The translations under genes and the position numbers were made by a program. A stretch of DNA of 59,961 nucleotides, counting the filler. It is 4 parts of 4 records of this genome, joined end to end, with 100 filler letters (N's around TTAATTAATTAA, not from the genome) between each part and the next. Parts side by side here need not be neighbours in the genome. Positions count along the whole stretch, not along the records: positions 1 to 31,472 come from SRR31156797_2833; 3 more parts are not named here. One strand, written 5' to 3'. Under the pieces are notes generated by a model, which was given only the letters and a program-made list of their open reading frames with translations, was not told where the DNA came from and did not search any database. Below, one piece after another: positions 11,154-20,606 of this stretch; within the stretch, counting starts at the first letter, position 1, and each line of letters starts with the position of its first letter.

Positions 11154-11863
11154 TGGATGCTTCCTTCATTTTCGATGTGGCTGTGTATGTCTTTTTTTGC
11201 TCCATTGCTTTTAGAGGGGATGCTGAATTCCTCTGGTTCCGCCGTCATCCTCCGTACCTTGCAATAGACTACCTCGAGATTGGAGGCGTATTTCTCCATG
11301 ACATGGATGGCCTTGTTTATTCGGTTGTTGAAATAATTATAAGGGATGACCGCTATGATGGCGATGCCGAGTCCTGCTGCTGTGGTGATGAGGGCCTGGG
11401 CAATACCGGCGGTAACCAGTTTGGGGTCTGCTATACCACCAGCACCAAGCATTTTAAAGGAACTGATAATGCCAAGTACTGTGCCGAAGATGCCGAGGAG
11501 CGGGGCAATGGTAATCATGGTGTCTAAAATCGGCATGCGGCGGCTCATTTTCTGCACCATGTGGTTGGCTTCGGCTTCCATGGCTTTAACCATGTCAAAC
11601 TCCCGGTGCAGTATGCCTACCGCAAGCACGCGTACCACATAATCTTTGCAGGGTTCTGTTTTTGTTTTACACGTTTGCCAATCACCCTCCTGGGCCAGGA
11701 AAAGCAGTTCATCCATCAGGGGACGATTACGCTTGCGGTCAAGCGATGCCCAGAAAAGAAGGCGTTCCAGCACTACCGTCATCACTGCGATGGAGCAGAG
11801 GAGCAGTGGCCACATTACCGGACCACCGCTTAAAAATATTTCGTATAATCTCATAAGAACCAT
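11150..11863 (-). CDS. exbB: MotA/TolQ/ExbB proton channel protein
   Basis: GGPVMWPL, APLLGIFGTVLGII and GIAQALITTAAGL motifs. Start placed at ATG 11863 (TGATG overlap); 11854 is an alternative. Confidence 0.92.
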   Translation of the reverse strand: MVLMRLYEIFLSGGPVMWPLLLCSIAVMTVVLERLLFWASLDRKRNRPLMDELLFLAQEGDWQTCKTKTEPCKDYVVRVLAVGILHREFDMVKAMEAEANHMVQKMSRRMPILDTMITIAPLLGIFGTVLGIISSFKMLGAGGIADPKLVTAGIAQALITTAAGLGIAIIAVIPYNYFNNRINKAIHVMEKYASNLEVVYCKVRRMTAEPEEFSIPSKSNGAKKDIHSHIENEGSIQ

Positions 11864-12747
11864 CAGGTGGAAGATGCCGGGTGAATGAGCAGGGCTATCT
11901 GCTCTAGTGCGTCGGCAAAGGTGGTTGGTGAAGGACTGCACACCAAGTCAGGATTAATGACGTGTATGCGGTCATTATGGACGGCTTTCATCCTGGAAAA
12001 TTTGTACCATTTTTTTCTTTCAGTGGCAGCTATACCACTTTCTGTGCCCATGATGGCAATGATTATCACATCTGGGTCATGGGCAAGGATCCGTTCGTAA
12101 TTCATGGTACCGTTTTTTTGGTTGCCTGCGATGTTACTGCCATTGCTGTAGACGATGTAGTCGTTGGTAAAGGATCCTTTAACCGAAGAAAAAAGAGGGT
12201 GTGATCCTATTTGCAGAAAAACTGTTTGTCGAGGTAGATCTGCATAGTGGCGTGCAACAGCTTGTACCCTGTGTCGAGCCTGTGCTACGATCTTTTGTGC
12301 TTTTTTATCAACCCCAAGCAGTTGGCCCAGCTGCAGAAACTGGGTGCAGATTGCATCAAAAGAGGAGGGTTGTTGAAACTGCACCACCCGTAGGCCCAGA
12401 TTTTTCATCTGCTGCAGTTGCTGCTGTTGGGTAAGCCCCGTAGCCAATACCAGATCGGGCTTGAGGCTGACAATTTTTTCCAGGGAGACCTGCATCACAG
12501 AACCGATTTTGTCTTTGTCTTTTGCCGCTGCCGGGCGGACGCAATAGCTGGTATTGGCAATAAGCCGGTCATCAGCTCCAAGCAGATAGACGTTTTCTGT
12601 ATTGATCGGTCCCAGGGATATAATGCGTTGTGGAGCTGTATAAAGTGATTGGTCAGCTCTGCCTTCTCCTGCTGATACTGGAGATTGAAGGGTAAGCAGG
12701 CAAAACATGAGTAAGGCAAATGTTGATAGGGCGATAGTGTGTTTCAT
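11863..12747 (-). CDS. Class III periplasmic binding protein (BtuF-like, corrinoid/metal complex)
   Basis: Signal peptide MKHTIALSTFALLMFCLL; PQRIISLGP...TE, EKIVSLKPDLVL, DPDVII. Start moved to 12747, just after the upstream stop. Confidence 0.85.
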   Translation of the reverse strand: MKHTIALSTFALLMFCLLTLQSPVSAGEGRADQSLYTAPQRIISLGPINTENVYLLGADDRLIANTSYCVRPAAAKDKDKIGSVMQVSLEKIVSLKPDLVLATGLTQQQQLQQMKNLGLRVVQFQQPSSFDAICTQFLQLGQLLGVDKKAQKIVAQARHRVQAVARHYADLPRQTVFLQIGSHPLFSSVKGSFTNDYIVYSNGSNIAGNQKNGTMNYERILAHDPDVIIIAIMGTESGIAATERKKWYKFSRMKAVHNDRIHVINPDLVCSPSPTTFADALEQIALLIHPASST

Positions 12748-12749
12748 GG

Positions 12750-13601
12750 CTAGTAGTAGCTGAGTATGGTCAATGCTCTTGTTAACCTGTCTGTAAAAAA
12801 ATCTATACATTTATCCCTAAACGCCAATCCTTTGTAATAGGTTGTGCTATTATATTCGATTGTGGGACAATCCACATCAATTCCCACCTCCTCAAGCATT
12901 GTCCGCCAGCTGTCGTCTGCGCCCATCAGGTCGTCTTCCACATGAATTCCGGCGAGAAACATTATCGGGATGATCCTGGTTTTTCTTATCATCCTGTCCT
13001 GGTTATTTTTGCGGATTTGGTTGATGACCGCCTCGTGATCAGGAACCCCTTCGATTGACGCTGCATGGACATTTGAATAGAGTCCGGTAACCAGCCGTTC
13101 AATACCGAGGTAGGTGGAATTAACCGGATCGGCGGCAAGGGGGGTGCCATGCAGAGCAAGCAGGTTGAGGGAGTCTTCACCAATAAGGAAATCACTGGAA
13201 ACAACCTCGAGCACCTCTTTGATAAAATCCCAGCGATGGCAGAGCGTCTCACCTACAATTGTTCTGAGACCGGGAAAGTAATTGCAGGTTTCAAGTAGCT
13301 GCTGGTATTCGGTGCCTGGGAAAATATGGAGCGGTTGGACGATAGCCTTACGATAACCAGCGCTCTCTATCTGGGCTAACGTTTCCTGAAGGCTGGGCAG
13401 TTGTTCTTTTTTTCTGATTATCTCAGAAGTGTATGCCCAGTAGATTTCATACTCTGAAAAGGACTGATTGAGTTTTTGTTTAAAATGTTCTATTGCCACC
13501 TTGCCCTGACTGGAACTGCCAAAGGTCGTGATAACGATAGCTGGTTTTTCTTTGAGTTTGGGAAGGCGCATCTTGCGCCCGATGTATCCTTGTTGATGCA
13601 A
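12750..13601 (-). CDS. cbiK: Sirohydrochlorin cobaltochelatase (CbiK family), cytoplasmic
   Basis: TFGSS, AYTSEII, QPLHIFPGTEY, HGT and PIMFLAGIHVEDDL (both catalytic His present); no signal peptide. Confidence 0.88.
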   Translation of the reverse strand: MHQQGYIGRKMRLPKLKEKPAIVITTFGSSSQGKVAIEHFKQKLNQSFSEYEIYWAYTSEIIRKKEQLPSLQETLAQIESAGYRKAIVQPLHIFPGTEYQQLLETCNYFPGLRTIVGETLCHRWDFIKEVLEVVSSDFLIGEDSLNLLALHGTPLAADPVNSTYLGIERLVTGLYSNVHAASIEGVPDHEAVINQIRKNNQDRMIRKTRIIPIMFLAGIHVEDDLMGADDSWRTMLEEVGIDVDCPTIEYNSTTYYKGLAFRDKCIDFFTDRLTRALTILSYY

Positions 13602-13615
13602 ACTGTACTCCTTCC

Positions 13616-16600
13616 TTATATATTTTTCCGTTTAGCACCTAGCACGGCCAGGCTGATAAGGGCAAGAACAACCAGACCTGCCAACCATTCGACCCCGGAT
13701 GAAGTCATCTCTGTGGCTTCATCCGGAGTGTTCATTTTTTCCATCTTATATCCTTCTATCTCTGTAGTATTCTCAGCTTCTGGCGCTGTCGTGTTTTTTT
13801 TTGCTGCCTGGTCAGCAGATTTGCGTCCTGGAGTGGTCAGCTGTTGCTGGAGATGCTGTCGTTTTTCCACCTGTTCTGCAAGCGATGTACCAGCCATTTT
13901 TTCAATTGCTAATTTGAATGCAGCCACCATGTCCGGACTCAAAACACCGGGCAGGGAGATAATAGAAACCACCATCTGGTTGAGCAGTGGATTGTTGCAG
14001 GTATGTTCGCAACAGGCAACCCCTTTTTCGACCACGGAAACCGCATAGTCGACAGCAAGTTTCTTTTTAACCGCTTCCTCAGGATCCCAATATGCTTTGC
14101 GAATGCTCTCCAGCATGCGGGAAGTGATAGATTGATGTGCCCAGGGGGAAGCCTGCTTGAAAAATTGCTGAAGGTTGAGATTGTACTTGTCCTCCACATA
14201 TACTTCATAGCTCTGCTGCCATTTTGCCGCATCGATTTTATCCGGCGTGGTCACCTGCCAACCCCACAGATATTCGACATAATTGGCCATTTCCCTGGCG
14301 CCTGCATAGCCTTCCTTTTTCATGCCTTCAATCCAGTGTGGATTAAGATATCTGCTGCGTATTTCTCGTCCCAGGCTTTTAGCAACATCCTCCACCTCTA
14401 CTTGGCCTGGGTGTTGCTGTCTGGTTACTACTGTTTTTGGAGCGCGGCCTGAGAGGTGACGGATTGCCATGGATAATCCACCGAGGTATTGGTAAAAATC
14501 ATCGTTATCAAGCAGGCCGTACAGGTTGGAGGAACGGGAGTGGAGCGCTATGTCAACGCCTTTGAGCTGCTCCTTCAGCAGCTGCGGGGCAGAAAGGCCC
14601 CAGTGGTTTTTACCAAAGGTGAAACTGGTTCGTCGTGTAAAGACATTCACAATTTCCTGCTCGCTTTCCCATATTCCTGAAGCTGCAGCCATTTCAGAGA
14701 TACCGTTGCCGTAGCTTCCAGGGGCTTCTGAAAAAATGCGTAGGCGACTGTATTCCTCCGCTGTCTGTTCATCCATTCCCTGTGCTTGGAGTATCTGTTT
14801 TAGTTTCTGGGTGTTTTGTTGAACCAGGTTGTCCAGATCGGTTTGGCGGATGGCAAGTTGGACTCCCTGGTCGATTAATAGCATCTTGTCCGGAAAGAGG
14901 TCTCGATAGAGGCCTGAAGCATTCACCATGACATCAATCCGGGGCCGTCCCAGTTCTCTGGCTGGGATAACTTCCACCCCTGTTACTCTTCCGCCACTGG
15001 ACCAGGTGGGTTTGATGCCCATTAGGTAGAGGACGGTCGATTCGTTTACGCCTTCATTGCGCAGGGTCTCGGTGGCCCATAACACCACTGCCACCTTGTT
15101 GGGATAGGTGTTAGTGGTCCGTACATGTTCTGCTATAAGCTCTTCAGCGGCTTTTTTGCCTAGTTCCCATGCAGCAGGAGTAGGAAGTTTTTGCGGACTA
15201 TGGCCGTAAAAATTGTTCCCTGTAGGGAGGGCATTTGGGTTGCGGATGGGATCGTTCCCTTCGCCAGGGGAGACGTATCGTCCTCCAAGGCCTTTGAGCA
15301 GGGTTGCGATTTCAGCCGTGCCTGAAGATTGGAGTCTGGCCGCTATCTCGTTGCTTTGTTCGCCGGGGTGATACTTGATGATGCTTTTGGCTGTTTCTGC
15401 AGCGGCCTCGGCATTGAGGCCTCTACCAAAGTGATGCATGCCGTAGGGCATGAGGTTTGCTTTGATTTCTTCCAGGTAGTGGCCTAACAGGTGAACCTGT
15501 TCATCTTGCTCATCTTGTTGCTGGTGATGAGGGGGCGCTGCGCTAGAGTCATGATCATGTTGTTGGTAACTGTCTGTCGCAAGGTCCGTAATGATCCCCG
15601 TGCTGTCGACCAGATCCATCAGTTCGGCATATATTACCTGAACTGTATCGCTTGTTCTTGCCCTTGCTCGTTCATAATTGTTTATCAATTCTCCCATACG
15701 CCTGTATTCCTGGTGTAGGCCGGCTTCTTTCAAGGGCGGCGTGAGATGAGAGATAATCACCCCCCGTCCCCTGCGTTTTGCCTGGATACCCTCTCCAAGG
15801 TTATCGACGATATAGGGGTACAGGTTAGGGATGTCAGCAATCAATATTTCCGGGGAGCAGGCGGGTGACAGTCCGGCCTGTTTGCCTGGAGTCCATTCAT
15901 AGGTAGCATGGGTGCCGAGGTGGACCATGGCATCTGCCTTGAAACCATTGGCCAGCCAAAGATAGACAGCCAGGTACTGATGGTGCGGGAAAATGGTGGT
16001 GTCGTGATAGAGCTTCATCGGGTCATCGTTGAGACCTCGTACCGGCTCCGGCAGCAGCACCGTATTACCCAATTGTACTGCCGGAATGAGAAAATTGTTA
16101 CCATCAACCATGAGCGGTGTGTCTTCGGGTTGACCCCATTGGCTGGTAACCTTTTCCTGAAACTCTTGGGGCAGTTGTTTAAACCAGTTTTTGTATTGCT
16201 GTATGGGAAGCCTGACGACCTGTGATGATTGCAGCAGTTTTTCTAATTCGCCCGGAGCCCAGGAACCAATATTTCGAGCTGAGGTCATAATCAGCTGTTT
16301 GATTGCTGCTTCCTCCGGCACTTTGCCTACCATGTAGCCTTCTGCAGCTAGAGCAAAAAGGATGTTTTCCAGGCTGGAAAAAACATTGAGATAGGAGGCA
16401 CCGATATTTTGTTTACCCTGGTGGTGGTTATAAAAGAGTATGGCGACTTTTTTTTGATGGTTTGCCATTTGTTGGAGGGTGAGCCAGTTGTTTATTCGGG
16501 GTATGAGTCGGGCAATGTTTTCTTTAATCGGGCGGCTAAGGTAATACGATTTACTGGTGTCTGGATCATGGACTTGTTCTTTGGCGGCCAGCGGAGTCGG

Positions 16601-17557
16601 CTCAATTAATCCTGAGATTTCCGGGGTGGCAATAGTCCAGGTAACTTCACTGCCGCCTATACCTATGGGGCTTTGTCGCCACTGCTCCAGTGTATCCTGA
16701 TAAAGGCTGATCCCGTTGATAATTGGGACGTTGAGTTGGTCTAGTAACTCGGCAAGTGTATTGGTGAGAGCAGAGTAAAATTTGAGAGATAAGGCCACAA
16801 TCAGGTCAACCTGGATTTTGTCCTGGTCATCAATGAGAAATTTTTTAATCACCTCCTGGTCCTTGCCAAAGCAGGGCACTGGGGTAAAACCGGCTGCCTC
16901 GAGTTGTTTGATCAGAAAACGTATTGGTTGTTCCTGTCCAGGGGTGAGCGATGAAGAGAAAAAGAGTAAACCGACCCTGGGTTTTTTAGGGGAATATCCT
17001 GCGCGTTTCTCCTGCCACTTAAGGTATTGCTGCAAAGATGTAAAGGGTGCCGGGGCATCGGGATGATAGATACCCAGCTGGACCTGCTTGTGCACCGGAG
17101 CAAAAGTAATGGAGGTGTCAATGTGACGATGGGCCGCCAGCAACAGCATGTTGCGCAGGTTATGTATGCTGAGATGGCTGAAGTACTCAGCAAGTTGTTT
17201 GTCAAAAAGAAAACCCCGCTTTTTAAGGGACTCATCGTCTATGGAACTTCGCAGGGCGTAGATGGTTTTTCCTTTGAACTTTATATGGTTTTTTACATAT
17301 TCTTCCAGCTCCCTGCCCATGACGTCGACGATGATTACCTTTGATTGGTTTACAGCTGTCTCCAGTGTTTTGTCGTCGGGCTGTAATTCTCCGGCAGACA
17401 TTACCAGGATATTCACTTTAGTGTCCAGCCCCTTTACTGCCTGGTTGGCGATATAGGAATCACCGTCAATGACCATCAGGGTCAGGTCTGCTGCCATCAG
17501 CAGACCTGGGGAAAAGAGTACAACCAGAAGAGCGGTCAGGGCTTTCAGGGATGTCAT
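13616..17557 (-). CDS. CobN/Mg-chelatase H family protein with signal peptide and C-terminal membrane anchor (HmuS/BtuS-like)
   Basis: HLGTHATYEWTPGK, EGIQAKRRG, LPTGNNFY, RPRIDV, SGLYRD, NPHWIEGM and GYAGA motifs. N-terminal signal peptide; C-terminal TM followed by KRK. Confidence 0.92.
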   Translation of the reverse strand: MTSLKALTALLVVLFSPGLLMAADLTLMVIDGDSYIANQAVKGLDTKVNILVMSAGELQPDDKTLETAVNQSKVIIVDVMGRELEEYVKNHIKFKGKTIYALRSSIDDESLKKRGFLFDKQLAEYFSHLSIHNLRNMLLLAAHRHIDTSITFAPVHKQVQLGIYHPDAPAPFTSLQQYLKWQEKRAGYSPKKPRVGLLFFSSSLTPGQEQPIRFLIKQLEAAGFTPVPCFGKDQEVIKKFLIDDQDKIQVDLIVALSLKFYSALTNTLAELLDQLNVPIINGISLYQDTLEQWRQSPIGIGGSEVTWTIATPEISGLIEPTPLAAKEQVHDPDTSKSYYLSRPIKENIARLIPRINNWLTLQQMANHQKKVAILFYNHHQGKQNIGASYLNVFSSLENILFALAAEGYMVGKVPEEAAIKQLIMTSARNIGSWAPGELEKLLQSSQVVRLPIQQYKNWFKQLPQEFQEKVTSQWGQPEDTPLMVDGNNFLIPAVQLGNTVLLPEPVRGLNDDPMKLYHDTTIFPHHQYLAVYLWLANGFKADAMVHLGTHATYEWTPGKQAGLSPACSPEILIADIPNLYPYIVDNLGEGIQAKRRGRGVIISHLTPPLKEAGLHQEYRRMGELINNYERARARTSDTVQVIYAELMDLVDSTGIITDLATDSYQQHDHDSSAAPPHHQQQDEQDEQVHLLGHYLEEIKANLMPYGMHHFGRGLNAEAAAETAKSIIKYHPGEQSNEIAARLQSSGTAEIATLLKGLGGRYVSPGEGNDPIRNPNALPTGNNFYGHSPQKLPTPAAWELGKKAAEELIAEHVRTTNTYPNKVAVVLWATETLRNEGVNESTVLYLMGIKPTWSSGGRVTGVEVIPARELGRPRIDVMVNASGLYRDLFPDKMLLIDQGVQLAIRQTDLDNLVQQNTQKLKQILQAQGMDEQTAEEYSRLRIFSEAPGSYGNGISEMAAASGIWESEQEIVNVFTRRTSFTFGKNHWGLSAPQLLKEQLKGVDIALHSRSSNLYGLLDNDDFYQYLGGLSMAIRHLSGRAPKTVVTRQQHPGQVEVEDVAKSLGREIRSRYLNPHWIEGMKKEGYAGAREMANYVEYLWGWQVTTPDKIDAAKWQQSYEVYVEDKYNLNLQQFFKQASPWAHQSITSRMLESIRKAYWDPEEAVKKKLAVDYAVSVVEKGVACCEHTCNNPLLNQMVVSIISLPGVLSPDMVAAFKLAIEKMAGTSLAEQVEKRQHLQQQLTTPGRKSADQAAKKNTTAPEAENTTEIEGYKMEKMNTPDEATEMTSSGVEWLAGLVVLALISLAVLGAKRKNI

Positions 17558-19569
17558 TTTGCTATCTTAGCCTGGGCACCTGCCAGGAGTGCTGCCAGGC
17601 CTTTGGCTGTAATCTGCGGGAGGGTATCTTGGATAAATGGGTTGAGCTCTACGTCCGTTTTTCCGGCAAGTTCAGAAGCTGTCATCTCTATCCATGTGTC
17701 AATGGTGCCGGTATCTTGAAGTATTCCCCTTTCTGCATCATCACTGATGACCAGGATGGCTTTCAGGAAATCAGCATACCTGGGCTGGAGCAGGATACGT
17801 TCCAGCTCTGCTCGCAGAAGAGAGGTTTGGTCTGGTTTGACTGCTTTATTGCAAAGATTATGCAAGCTTATTCTTCGTTCTTTTAATCGTTGAAAAATGG
17901 AGCGCCCTGCAGTCAGGCCGTTTTGCAGATGTATTGCATCCCGTACCCCAGCATACACGGTTCGAGCGATCAGTTCGCCCATTTTGGTATGGCCCCCGGT
18001 GGAATCAATGTGATAGCCTGCACCCTGGACCACTATAATATTATCGGTCCCCGTTCCGGTTGCCTGGTTCACCTGGGGTGAGTAGCTTGAGCGAATGTCC
18101 AGATCCTGCAGAGCTGCTGATTTGGCTTCGGTTGCACTGAGAAGAGCCCTGGTCATGGCTCTTGGAGAGAGCTGCATGTTGGTGAGGAGCAGGATGTTAA
18201 TTGTTCCCGGCTTGTTTTTTTCTGCTTGTCCCGGCTCATAAAAAGAACCGCTATCTTTACTCATCCGGACACTGTTGCTGCTGACACCTGCGGTGACTAG
18301 GGCTGTGACTTCCATTTCTTTGAAGCGTTGTGTTGCTACAGAGAGGTTGTCCATGTTGGCACCGGTAAAAAGGATGGATGTGTTATTTTCATCCAGGTGC
18401 AGTGTCTGTAAGGAATCTTCGCGCAGCGCCTCTAACCCCTGTTTATGGCCTAATCCCCAGGAAGGCGGCGGAAAATAGTGGTTGGCAACAGTGGTGACCC
18501 CTTCTCTTTGTCCTTCTAAAGTGGACACGACGGTCATTGGGTGCGTAAAAGTAATAGCAAGCGTTTTATTCCGAAAGTCCTTGATATCTGTCTCAATGAT
18601 TTCCGCCTTTTCTACATAATCAAGATCCAGTGTAAGTGCTCTGGTGCTGACGACTTCCTGCGGCAGAACAAAATTTTGTTCGTCACTGAACTCTTTATTG
18701 TAGATACGAGCAGCTAACCAGGAAACAAAGTATCCTGTGTGGGTGGCGGCTCTGCAGGTCAGGTCGCAGGGGAAGAAAAAAACCTTATTATTTTTTACCG
18801 CATCCACTTCGTTCCATCCGGGACTGTCAAGGATGCCCATAGTAGAGCGATCGCCACCGCATCCATAAAGGACCTGTGGGTTAAACTCTTGCCACTGCTC
18901 CAAGGAGATCGGAACAATACTGCCGTTTTGGTTCCACGTAGGCGCGATGCCTCCTGCTGCTGTGATAAATTCATTTTGAAATGAGTCATCTCCTGGGGCC
19001 GTGACAGTTTCCCTGCCCATGAGCCGCATCACCCGCTGTCTTTTTTTCTGTGGGATTTTGTCAATTTTATCAGCGATAACCTGTAATTGTTCCTTTTGCC
19101 GTGCGATGATTTTTTCAGCCTCTTTTTCTTTGTCAAACAGACGGCCAAGGAGTCGGATCTGGGCAAAACTTTCATCAATGGAGGCGGGAAAGAGCTGGAC
19201 CAAGGTGGCTTTGCCGGTAAATTGTTTACGGACTCCTTGTTGGAGGTCTGCGTAAAAAATGAGGTCTGGCTCAAGGGAGGCAACCTTGTTTAGATCTGGA
19301 TTGAAAAAGCCGCCGACAGCAGGTATAGCACTGTTTTGGGAGGGCAGCACTGAGTGGTAGGTTCTGCCGCGTACCACATTTTCAGCACCAAGGCGCAGCA
19401 GAATTTCGGTTATCGAAGGTACCAGGGAGACCACTCGCTGTGGTGGTACCTTTATGGAAATTGTATTGCCGCCTGAATCAGTAAAAGAAAAGGGAAACGC
19501 CGCTGTCTGGGCACTTCCAGGGAAAAGGAGAAACATCATAATGAGTATGCCGACAGTGTTTTTCATCAT
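17554..19569 (-). CDS. Fusion of a periplasmic binding domain and adenosylcobinamide amidohydrolase CbiZ
   Basis: Signal peptide; N-half PQRVVSLVPSITE...PDLIF (BtuF-like); C-half VTAGV, GTINI, TEAKSAAL, ATGTGTDNI, GGHTKMGELIA (CbiZ). Confidence 0.88.
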   Translation of the reverse strand: MMKNTVGILIMMFLLFPGSAQTAAFPFSFTDSGGNTISIKVPPQRVVSLVPSITEILLRLGAENVVRGRTYHSVLPSQNSAIPAVGGFFNPDLNKVASLEPDLIFYADLQQGVRKQFTGKATLVQLFPASIDESFAQIRLLGRLFDKEKEAEKIIARQKEQLQVIADKIDKIPQKKRQRVMRLMGRETVTAPGDDSFQNEFITAAGGIAPTWNQNGSIVPISLEQWQEFNPQVLYGCGGDRSTMGILDSPGWNEVDAVKNNKVFFFPCDLTCRAATHTGYFVSWLAARIYNKEFSDEQNFVLPQEVVSTRALTLDLDYVEKAEIIETDIKDFRNKTLAITFTHPMTVVSTLEGQREGVTTVANHYFPPPSWGLGHKQGLEALREDSLQTLHLDENNTSILFTGANMDNLSVATQRFKEMEVTALVTAGVSSNSVRMSKDSGSFYEPGQAEKNKPGTINILLLTNMQLSPRAMTRALLSATEAKSAALQDLDIRSSYSPQVNQATGTGTDNIIVVQGAGYHIDSTGGHTKMGELIARTVYAGVRDAIHLQNGLTAGRSIFQRLKERRISLHNLCNKAVKPDQTSLLRAELERILLQPRYADFLKAILVISDDAERGILQDTGTIDTWIEMTASELAGKTDVELNPFIQDTLPQITAKGLAALLAGAQAKIAK

Positions 19570-19632
19570 TTATTGGTGGTTCGGGTTATTCTTTTATCAC
19601 GGATGCAATCTGTTACTGTATGTCAGGCGGAT

Positions 19633-20001
19633 TTATGGACGGCTGTTGTCAGTGGCGGGCCTTTTTTTTTCAGGGATATATACCATGGAGCCATTTGTTA
19701 GTCGGTAAGCGACGCCAAGGCGCTGCCCTTTACCTTTAGCCGTGTCCTTAGTCACTTTTATAGCTTCAATTTGTGTCCCTTTTTTGGTGATGATTTCCAT
19801 TTCACCATTGCTGGACTCTTTGGTTATGGTTACTTGGGAATCCTGACGAAGCAGGTCCTCGAGGTGGTAGGTGCCAAAGAGAGCAAGGAGGAGGCCGACA
19901 ATAAATACCAGGCCCAGGTCAAAAAGGTTGGCTACTCCTGTCAAAGGGTCGTTATCAGAGAGTCCTGACCCCCTATTTTGTGTCCGCTGAAAATATTTCA
20001 T
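19633..20001 (-). CDS. DUF2149 protein (HmuV-like)
   Basis: DPLTGVANLFD TM motif and G-x-RLGVAYRL...YIPE C-terminus. Confidence 0.88.
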   Translation of the reverse strand: MKYFQRTQNRGSGLSDNDPLTGVANLFDLGLVFIVGLLLALFGTYHLEDLLRQDSQVTITKESSNGEMEIITKKGTQIEAIKVTKDTAKGKGQRLGVAYRLTNGSMVYIPEKKRPATDNSRP

Positions 20002-20606
20002 ACTCTTTCATTCGGCTTTTTTTCGTAGTCGCCCATGATGATTTCAGCTGCCAGTTCCATATTCTTCACGTCTTCTTCTGCCCAGCGTCGCTGCACAGTG
20101 AAAAAAAAGTAGCTCACCAAGCCCAATGTGAGCCCAACCACTGTAGTAGTAAAGGCAATCACCAGGTCTCCGGAAAGACGGGTCAGGTCACCTTGGCTAA
20201 GTGCAGCAAGTCCGGTACCCATGGGAATGAGGGTGCCTATCAAACCCAGTCCTGGGCCGATCCTGATCAGCATTTTTAGTTGGTCCAGTGATTTCCACAG
20301 TTGGTGTTCTTTTTCACGAAGCAGATGCACCACGGTTAGTTCTGCATGGGGTTGTCTGGGGAGTTCTATAAGCTGTTGACAGCATTGGCAGACAGCCGGT
20401 GGGAAGTTGGAGAAGTTTTGGTTGGTCAGGGAAAACAGGGGATCTGTGTTTTTATCCAACCGTTTGCGGGTCAGCCACAGTCCGAAAAAACTGCCGCTGT
20501 ACATGATTATCCACAGGATAAGGGCTGACAAAAGGAAGAGGACAGGAGTGAGCAGGGATGAGGAGACAAGATAGATAAACGACTTAAAGAGTGCTGTTAT
20601 TTCCAT
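19998..20606 (-). CDS. MotA/TolQ/ExbB family protein (HmuU-like)
   Basis: GPGLGLIGTLIPMG and AFTTTVVGL motifs; sits between DUF2162 and DUF2149. Confidence 0.9.
   Translation of the reverse strand: MEITALFKSFIYLVSSSLLTPVLFLLSALILWIIMYSGSFFGLWLTRKRLDKNTDPLFSLTNQNFSNFPPAVCQCCQQLIELPRQPHAELTVVHLLREKEHQLWKSLDQLKMLIRIGPGLGLIGTLIPMGTGLAALSQGDLTRLSGDLVIAFTTTVVGLTLGLVSYFFFTVQRRWAEEDVKNMELAAEIIMGDYEKKPNERV

Noticed and set aside
13616-17557. Calling the CobN-like gene evidence of aerobic de novo B12 synthesis
   Set aside because: No cobST or other cob ring-synthesis genes are present, the protein looks exported, and the context is uptake.
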